This document shows, piece after piece, positions 26,027 to 32,000 of a DNA stretch of 32,000 nt (position 1 is the first letter of the stretch; each line of letters opens with the position of its first letter). The notes below the pieces were generated by a model that saw only the letters and a list, made by a program, of their open reading frames with translations, had not been told where the DNA came from and searched no databases. This DNA comes from Horticoccus luteus (GTDB lineage Bacteria > Verrucomicrobiota > Verrucomicrobiia > Opitutales > Opitutaceae): contig NZ_CP080507.1 in assembly GCF_019464535.1 (NCBI RefSeq), positions 2,280,001 through 2,312,000 of the forward strand. The letters run 5' to 3'. Made by a program: the position numbers and the translations under genes.

Positions 26027-27223
26027 TCAACTCCGCGGCTTCGTCGTCGGAAAACAAATCCGCCCCACCGCCTCATCGAAATCCGCCGCACCGCGGATGA
26101 TGTCGATTTCCAGGCGCAGATAATACAGCGGCAGCGTCGCCTTCGGACCGAGTTCCAGCGGCAACCGCACGGCATCTTTCTCCGTCGTCACCACACACTC
26201 GGCACCTGCCGCCACCGCCGCCGCAAACACGGCCGTCAAATCCTCATCCGCATAACGGTAGTGATCGAGAAACCGCTCCCGCCACATCAGCTTCGCGCCG
26301 AGATCGCGCAAAAACTTCTCAAAACTCTCGGGTGTCGCGATTCCGCTGAACGCCCCCACGCGCCGATCTTTCAGCCAGCTCAGCGGTTGACGCTCCTCCG
26401 ATCCGAGGCGCTGCAGATACTGCGGCCGGTGGGCGCACTCGATGATGTCGGCGTCGGGATTGTGCTCGTGAATGAGCGCTTCGAGTTCGTTGTCCCTTTC
26501 TCCATTCGACTTGGTGAGAAAGATGTAGCTCGCCCGCTTTAGATGCTTCACCGGTTCGCGCAGAATTCCCCGCGGCAGCAGGTGGCCGTTGCCGAATGGA
26601 TTGGTCTTGTCGACAAGCAGCAGATTGAGCCGACCCTTGAGCGGCAAATATTGAAAGCCGTCGTCGAGAATCAGGGTGTCGCAGCCGAATTTCTTGATCG
26701 CGTAGGCGCCCGACTTCACCCGGTTTTTGTCCACGAGCACGATCACGCCGGGCAGATTGCGCGCCAGCATGAACGGCTCGTCGCCCGCCTGTTCCGAATC
26801 CAGCAACACGCGCTTGCCGTCGCTCACGATCCGCGGCGGCGGCTCCGCGCCATCGGTAAACGCCCGCCACCAGCGGCGCCAGACCGGCGGCTGTTTGCTT
26901 TTATAACCGCGGCTCAAAATCGCCACCTGCCGCCCGCGATCGCGTAACGCCCGCGCAAACTTCTCCACCACCGGTGTCTTGCCCGTCCCGCCCACCGTGA
27001 GATTGCCCACCACCACGACCAGGCACCCCAGCGGCTGGTCGTGCAGGATGCGGTTGCGATAAAGCCAGAAGCGCAGCTGCGCGATGCCGCTGAACAAATA
27101 CGACAACACCTGCAAAAACGCCCCGTAAACCACCGCCCCTGCATCCGCCCGGCGCCCCAAAATGACGTCGACCGTATAGAGCTCGAGCGCATTGAGGCGT
27201 TTTTTTAGCCAGGTTTGTGACAT
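26027..27223 (-). CDS. lpxK: Tetraacyldisaccharide 4'-kinase (lipid A biosynthesis)
   Basis: 398-aa ORF with an N-terminal membrane helix, the P-loop [18 protein letters not shown], and ILSRGY and ILDDGFQ motifs. Confidence 0.9.
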   Translation of the reverse strand: MSQTWLKKRLNALELYTVDVILGRRADAGAVVYGAFLQVLSYLFSGIAQLRFWLYRNRILHDQPLGCLVVVVGNLTVGGTGKTPVVEKFARALRDRGRQVAILSRGYKSKQPPVWRRWWRAFTDGAEPPPRIVSDGKRVLLDSEQAGDEPFMLARNLPGVIVLVDKNRVKSGAYAIKKFGCDTLILDDGFQYLPLKGRLNLLLVDKTNPFGNGHLLPRGILREPVKHLKRASYIFLTKSNGERDNELEALIHEHNPDADIIECAHRPQYLQRLGSEERQPLSWLKDRRVGAFSGIATPESFEKFLRDLGAKLMWRERFLDHYRYADEDLTAVFAAAVAAGAECVVTTEKDAVRLPLELGPKATLPLYYLRLEIDIIRGAADFDEAVGRICFPTTKPRS

Positions 27224-27293
27224 GCAGATTTCTCGATGAACGTTGACGCTGATTTTGCCCTGTCGCTACGTAAACGAGAATTTTCTTCGCACC

Positions 27294-28385
27294 ATGAGCT
27301 ACAAACTTTTCATCCCCGGTCCCATCGCGGTTTCCGACAAGACCCTTCGCGCCATGGCGCAGCCGATGATCGGCCATCGCAGCAGCGATTTCGTCGCCCT
27401 CTACCAAAGCATCCAGCCCGCCCTGCAGGCGCTGTGCTACACGCAGGATCCCGTTTACCTGTCCACGAGCAGTGCGTGGGGCTCGATGGAAGGCGCCGTG
27501 CGCAACGTCACCCGCAAGAAGGTGCTCAACTGCATGAACGGCGCGTTTTCCGACAAGTGGAACGACGTCTCGCTGCGGTGCGGCAAACCCGCCGGCGCGC
27601 TTAAGTTCGAGTGGGGCCAGCCCGTCGATCCCGAGGCCGTCCGTCGCGAGCTCGCCACCGGCGCTTACGATGCGATCACGATCATCCACAACGAAACGTC
27701 CTGCGGCTGCATGAGCGACCTCGGCGCGCTGATGGCCGTGGTGCGCGAATTTCCGGACGTCATCTCGATCGTCGACACCGTCAGCTCGTTCAGTGCGCTG
27801 CCGATCAAGAAGGACGAACTCGGCATCGACATTCTGATCACCGGCTCGCAGAAGGCGCTCGCGCTGCCGCCCGGCCTTTCATTGATCGCCACCTCGCAAC
27901 GCGCCCGCGATCGCGCCGCCCAAGTCGAAGGCCGCGGCTATTATTTCGACCTGCTCGAGTTTCACAAAAACCACGAAAACGGCATGACGCCGAGCACCCC
28001 CGTCATCCCGCTCATCTACGCGCTCAAATCGAAACTCGAGGACATCAACGCCGAGGGTCTGGAAAAACGTTACGCCCGCCACGCGCGCCTCAACCAAACC
28101 GTACGCGACCATCTCTTCGCGCACGGCTTCAAACTCTTTCCGCGCGAAGGCTTCGGCTCCGTCACCCTCAACTGTTTCGCCAACACGCTCAACGTCGACC
28201 TCGTCGCGTTGAACAAAACGTTGAAATCGAAGCACGGCCTCGTGATCGACGGCGGCTACGGCAAGCTGAAAGGCAAGACCTTCCGCATCTCGAACATGGG
28301 CGACGAAACCGACGAGACCATCGCCGCGATGCTCAAGGCCTTCGACGCCGCCCTCGCAGAAACGCCGCGACAAAGCGTCGGATAA
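27294..28385 (+). CDS. Class V pyridoxal-phosphate aminotransferase (serine-pyruvate / alanine-glyoxylate type)
   Basis: Track ORF 27243..28385. Preferred start is ATG 27294 (MSYKLFIPGPIAVSD...). The PLP-lysine motif is TGSQKALALPPGLS. The C-terminal FRISNMG is present. Confidence 0.85.
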   Translation: MSYKLFIPGPIAVSDKTLRAMAQPMIGHRSSDFVALYQSIQPALQALCYTQDPVYLSTSSAWGSMEGAVRNVTRKKVLNCMNGAFSDKWNDVSLRCGKPAGALKFEWGQPVDPEAVRRELATGAYDAITIIHNETSCGCMSDLGALMAVVREFPDVISIVDTVSSFSALPIKKDELGIDILITGSQKALALPPGLSLIATSQRARDRAAQVEGRGYYFDLLEFHKNHENGMTPSTPVIPLIYALKSKLEDINAEGLEKRYARHARLNQTVRDHLFAHGFKLFPREGFGSVTLNCFANTLNVDLVALNKTLKSKHGLVIDGGYGKLKGKTFRISNMGDETDETIAAMLKAFDAALAETPRQSVG

Positions 28386-28405
28386 TTCCCAACCTCCGGG
28401 GCGCC

Positions 28406-29581
28406 ATGACCCGCGCCCCCTTACTGGCCCTCACGGCCATCCTGCTTCTGCCCGGCTGCGAGACCACCAACGGCCCGCGCCCTGTCTCGTCTGCGCCAAC
28501 ATCCGGTCGCCATTCCGCGCTCGCTGTGCTGACGCCGGCCGACGCGCACGAGCGCGAGCTGCTCGCGCCCGGTGGAAACGCTGACGCCCTGGCCAAGTGG
28601 GCGGTCGAGCTCGGCAAACGTGCGGATCGCAGCGACCTTCCTGACGAGGCCAAGGCGCTTCGCCTGCGCGCCCGCCGCTTCGCCCTCGCCGCCCAAGAAC
28701 GCGGCTCCCGGAATCTGATGATCGATGTGATTCTCTCGTCCATCGCGGATGACGGTTCACCGGTGGCCGTCACCTATTCCAACCAGACCGAAGCCAACCA
28801 ACTGGTCTCGGACGGCGAAAAGAAATTCGCCCGCGGTGATTTGGACGGCGCGCTCGCCTGCTATCAACGCGCCCTCGCGGTCGATCCGCATTGCCATCGA
28901 GCCGCCCTGTTCGCGGGCGATGTCTTTTTCTCGCGCGGCGAAAATACCGCCGCCGTGCAATGGTTCGACCGCGCCATCGCCATCGACCCCGACGTCGAAA
29001 CTGCGCACCGTTATCGCGGCGACGCCTTGTTGCGCCTTGGCCAATACACCGCGGCACGCGATAGCTACATCGCAGCTTTGGTCGCCGCGCCGTATAGCAA
29101 GATTACGCGTGCCATGTTGCTCCATTGGGCAGCCGCGGCGGCGTCCCGTGTGCAATTCCCTGACGTTTCGTTTCCCCGCGGCTCACTCGCCATCGCCGAC
29201 GGCAAGATGGGGGTGAACTGCGACCCTCGTGACGGCGCACTGTCTCTCGCCTACGTCATCGCTCGAGCCGCTTACGTCACGGAAAGCAAGATCCCCCTCG
29301 CCTCCTACCGTCATTCGTTGGCTGAGGAGGCCGACGGCTTGCGGAAATTCGTTCTCATTGCAGACGAGTTGAAGGAAAAGAACCCGCGCGATCCCAACAT
29401 CCTCGCCCACAGTGCGGTGATCGAATTCCTCGCGCAAATGGACCGCGATGGCCTGCTGGAAGCACATATTTTGTTGGATCGCGCGGATGCCGGAATCGCC
29501 GCCGATTACGCGGACTATCGGGCGCAACACCGGGATCAACTCTCCCGCTACGTGCGCACGGTCTGGCTCGGCGCGAAATAG
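28406..29581 (+). CDS. TPR-repeat lipoprotein, function unknown
   Basis: This is the in-frame C-terminal 391 codons of track ORF 27611..29581. ATG 28406 gives a lipoprotein signal with lipobox LLLPGC. About three TPR units are present (ALACYQRALAVDP, AVQWFDRAIAIDP, ARDSYIAALVA). The upstream 265 codons of the track ORF are Arg-rich and overlap the aminotransferase out of frame. Confidence 0.7.
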   Translation: MTRAPLLALTAILLLPGCETTNGPRPVSSAPTSGRHSALAVLTPADAHERELLAPGGNADALAKWAVELGKRADRSDLPDEAKALRLRARRFALAAQERGSRNLMIDVILSSIADDGSPVAVTYSNQTEANQLVSDGEKKFARGDLDGALACYQRALAVDPHCHRAALFAGDVFFSRGENTAAVQWFDRAIAIDPDVETAHRYRGDALLRLGQYTAARDSYIAALVAAPYSKITRAMLLHWAAAAASRVQFPDVSFPRGSLAIADGKMGVNCDPRDGALSLAYVIARAAYVTESKIPLASYRHSLAEEADGLRKFVLIADELKEKNPRDPNILAHSAVIEFLAQMDRDGLLEAHILLDRADAGIAADYADYRAQHRDQLSRYVRTVWLGAK

Positions 29582-29677
29582 GCCGCCGCGCCGGCGCTTT
29601 TCCCCCGCTTTCCGGTGCCGCCCCAAAAACTAAACCTTGAAATCGGCGAGGGCGCTCCATAACCGCTCGCGTCCTCA

Positions 29678-32000
29678 ATGAAGCAACTGATCATCGCCGA
29701 GAAGCCGTCGGTGGCGGCAGACATCGCGCGCGCCCTCGGCAAAGTTCCCAAGACCGGCGACCACTACGAGAACGACGAATACGTCATCTCGTCCGCGGTC
29801 GGCCACGTCGTGGAACTCCAGATGCCCGAAGACATCGACAAGAAGAAATACGGCTTCTGGCGGCTCGAGACGTTGCCCATCATTCCCGAGCAGTTTGAAC
29901 TCAAACCGATCGAGGCGTCGAAGGAACGATTCAATCAGCTCAAGCGCCTCATCGCCCGCAAGGACATCAACCTCGTCATCAACGCCTGCGACGCCGGCCG
30001 CGAGGGTGAGTTGATCTTCAACAATCTCGCCCAACTCGCGAAGAACAAGCACCCCGTGAAACGCCTCTGGCTCTCGTCGATGACCAACGAGGGCATTCGC
30101 GAGGCGTTCCGCCACCTGCGCGACGGCGCCGAGATGCAGGGCCTCGCCGATGCCGCCAAGTGCCGCAGCGAGAGCGATTGGCTGATCGGCATCAACGGCA
30201 CCCGCGCCATCACCAAGCGCATGTTTGGCTCGCGCGCCGGCAACGTCGCGTCCGTCGGCCGCGTCCAGACGCCCACCCTCGCCATCGTTTACGCCCGCGA
30301 GCTGGAAATCCGCAATTTTGTGCCGCGCGGCTACTGGCGCGTCACCGCGAAGTTCGGCGTCGCCAGCGGCAGCTACGAAGGCGTTTACCAACGTCCGCAT
30401 TTTAAGAAGAGCAGCGACGAACACGACCGCGTCGACCGCATCTGGGAAAAAGCTCACGCCGAAGCCGTGCTCGCCGCCTGCCACGGCCAGCCGATGGCGT
30501 CCGTCTCCGAAGAGAAGAAGGCCAGCACGCAAATCGCGCCGCGCCTCTACGACCTCACCACGCTCCAACGCGAGGCGAACGGCCGCTACGGCTTTTCCGC
30601 GAAACGCACCCTGCAGATCGCGCAGGCGCTCTACGAAAAGCACAAGATGATCACCTACCCCCGCACCGACTCGCGGGCGCTGCCGGAGGATTATCTGCCC
30701 GTCGTGCGGGAGACGCTCTCCAATGTGTCCGGCTCATTGCAGACCCACGCGCAAAAGGCCCTCGATCGCGGTTGGGTGCAGCTCAACAAACGCATCTTCA
30801 ACAACGCCCAGGTCTCGGATCACTTCGCGATCATACCCACCGCCTACGAGGCCAAAAAACTCGACGAAGCTGAAACGAAGCTTTTCGACATGATTGCGCG
30901 GCGCTTCGTCGCCGCCTTCTACCCGGCCGCAGAATTCGACGTCACCACGCGCTTGAGCGTGGTCGCCGATCACACGTTCAAGACCGAAGGCAAGGTGCTT
31001 ACCTCCGCCGGGTGGCTCGAGGTTTACGGCAAGACCTCGATCGACGACCGCGAAGATGCCGCCGCGCCCAACGCGAAATCCTTGCCCGCCCTCTCTGCCG
31101 CCGATGGCGGGCAGGCGAAAACCGAATCCGCCACGCTCCACGAGGAATCCACCAAACCGCCGCCGCGTTACACGGAAGCGACCCTCCTCTCCGCCATGGA
31201 AACCGCCGGCAAACTCGTCGACGACGAGGAACTCGCCGAAGCGATGAAAGAGCGCGGCCTCGGCACGCCGGCGACCCGCGCCGACACGATCGACGGGCTG
31301 ATCTACCAGAAATACATCGACCGCAATCAGCGCGAACTCGTGCCTTCCGCCAAAGCCGAGCAACTCATCCAGTTTCTCACCGCCGTGAAAGCCACCGACA
31401 TCACCAGTCCGGCGATGACCGGTGAGTGGGAATTTCAGTTGCGCGAGATGGAGCACCAGAAATTCTCCCGCGAAAAATTCATGGCGGAAATCGTCGCGAA
31501 CACCCGCGGGCTGGTGGAACGCGTCAAGGGTTTTGAAGAAGACGACTCCGTCGCCCGCGTCACCGACATCCCCTCGCCCACCGACGGCAAACCGCTCCGC
31601 GAAACGCTGCGCGGTTACAAATCCCAGGACGGCGAGTTCATGGTTTACAAGATCGTGGGCGGCCGCCGTCTCGAAGAATCCGAAATCCGCGAACTCGTCA
31701 CCCACGGCAAAGTCGGCCCGCTCGACGGCTTCGTCTCCGCGAAAACCCGCAACCGTTTTTCCGCCCTGCTGAAACTCGTGAAAGACGAGGAAGCCGGCAA
31801 ATGGAAGACCGAGTTCGACTTTGGCGACAAAGCCAACATCGGCGAACTCGTGCCGTTTTGGACCGACCCCGTGACCGGCGCCGAGCTTTGCGAAAACGGT
31901 TCCAGCTTCATCGTGCGCGAACGCGATCCCTCGTCGGAGAACGGTTGGAAGCAAACGTTTCGCGTCGGCCGCATCATGTGCCAGAAGACCATCACCGAAG
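29678..32000 (+). CDS. topB: DNA topoisomerase III, 3'-truncated by the window end
   Basis: This gene is not in the supplied ORF track because it has no stop in the window. I translated it by hand from ATG 29678. The N-terminus is MKQLIIAEKPSVAADIARALG (Toprim). SESDWLIGINGTRA and GRVQTPTLA motifs follow. The active-site region is HKMITYPRTDSRALPEDY (about 30641). GLGTPATRADTIDGLI is also present. The C-terminal topoisomerase repeat reads GGRRLEESEIRELVTHGKVGPLDGFVSAKTRNRFSALLKL. At every point I translated, the sequence was in the start codon's frame, and the track shows no separate + strand ORF in that frame. Confidence 0.9.
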   Translation, partial: MKQLIIAEKPSVAADIARALGKVPKTGDHYENDEYVISSAVGHVVELQMPEDIDKKKYGFWRLETLPIIPEQFELKPIEASKERFNQLKRLIARKDINLVINACDAGREGELIFNNLAQLAKNKHPVKRLWLSSMTNEGIREAFRHLRDGAEMQGLADAAKCRSESDWLIGINGTRAITKRMFGSRAGNVASVGRVQTPTLAIVYARELEIRNFVPRGYWRVTAKFGVASGSYEGVYQRPHFKKSSDEHDRVDRIWEKAHAEAVLAACHGQPMASVSEEKKASTQIAPRLYDLTTLQREANGRYGFSAKRTLQIAQALYEKHKMITYPRTDSRALPEDYLPVVRETLSNVSGSLQTHAQKALDRGWVQLNKRIFNNAQVSDHFAIIPTAYEAKKLDEAETKLFDMIARRFVAAFYPAAEFDVTTRLSVVADHTFKTEGKVLTSAGWLEVYGKTSIDDREDAAAPNAKSLPALSAADGGQAKTESATLHEESTKPPPRYTEATLLSAMETAGKLVDDEELAEAMKERGLGTPATRADTIDGLIYQKYIDRNQRELVPSAKAEQLIQFLTAVKATDITSPAMTGEWEFQLREMEHQKFSREKFMAEIVANTRGLVERVKGFEEDDSVARVTDIPSPTDGKPLRETLRGYKSQDGEFMVYKIVGGRRLEESEIRELVTHGKVGPLDGFVSAKTRNRFSALLKLVKDEEAGKWKTEFDFGDKANIGELVPFWTDPVTGAELCENGSSFIVRERDPSSENGWKQTFRVGRIMCQKTITE

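Noticed and set aside
27611-28405. N-terminal 265 codons of track ORF 27611..29581, which would give a 656-aa protein.
   Set aside because: This part is extremely Arg/Pro-rich and overlaps the class V aminotransferase out of frame. A clean lipoprotein signal with lipobox starts at ATG 28406, just after the aminotransferase stop.
29582-29605. The GC palindrome GCGCCGGCGC followed by TTTT after the TPR lipoprotein gene, as a possible terminator.
   Set aside because: The self-complementary 10-mer leaves almost no loop: at best a 3-4-bp stem. The T-run is only four nucleotides and is followed by C-rich sequence, so this is too weak to call.
29675-31954. Minus-strand ORFs 29675..30643 (322 aa) and 30734..31954 (406 aa).
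   Set aside because: They are antisense shadows of the plus-strand topoisomerase III gene, which the track omits because it has no stop in the window.
1-32000. A search for mobile elements, CRISPR arrays, toxin-antitoxin pairs, defence islands or horizontally acquired segments.
   Set aside because: There are no transposase, integrase or recombinase-like ORFs. There are no spaced direct-repeat arrays and no paired small ORFs. There is no extended compositional anomaly; the only low-GC stretches are short intergenic regions at 4444..4649 and 12101..12180. Gene content is core metabolism, envelope and replication throughout.

Overview
This is a high-GC (roughly 65% by eye) chromosomal core region, densely packed with housekeeping genes and centred on dnaA (12435..13823). 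I support 27 protein-coding genes.

**Gene content, left to right**
- A hybrid sensor kinase, then an FtsB-like gene translationally coupled to a eukaryote-type UDP-sugar pyrophosphorylase.
- A D-lyxose-isomerase-like cupin and a pterin carbinolamine dehydratase.
- The conserved uppS-cdsA-dxr-rseP-ispG cluster, then a 477-bp gap, then dnaA.
- An unknown 193-aa protein and a small DUF2934-like ORF.
- ctpA-tsaD (minus strand), a MidA-family methyltransferase, and a four-gene sugar isomerase/ABC-uptake operon.
- The minus-strand string lpxK / M29 aminopeptidase-adenosine deaminase-rluD.
- A class-V aminotransferase, a TPR lipoprotein and a 3'-truncated topoisomerase III.

**The ORF track**
- The topoisomerase gene (29678..>32000) is absent from the supplied track because it runs off the window.
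- Most other long ORFs in the track are antisense or off-frame shadows typical of GC-rich DNA.
- Several track ORFs carry spurious N-terminal extensions. I give preferred internal starts for these.

**Not found**
I found no rRNA, tRNA, CRISPR array, IS/transposase, integrase, phage or defence-type gene. The long three-domain IspG and the eukaryote-type UDP-sugar pyrophosphorylase make me guess a PVC/Verrucomicrobia-like organism, but that is inference only.

**Novelty**
I do not see a convincing multi-gene novel system; the window looks like ordinary core genome. The leads I consider worth a second look are:
1. The atypical dnaA neighbourhood. It has no rpmH/rnpA upstream and no dnaN downstream. 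It has a low-GC patch with DnaA-box-like sites, and an uncharacterised bipartite protein sits in the dnaN position.
2. The translation-initiation regions are C/T-rich and anti-SD-like and lack GGAGG. The octamer CCCAACCT recurs 9-14 nt upstream of three start codons.
3. Several short repeat or inverted-repeat elements lie in intergenic regions: a CGTTCT array before dxr, and a 9-bp all-GC stem inside the sugar operon.
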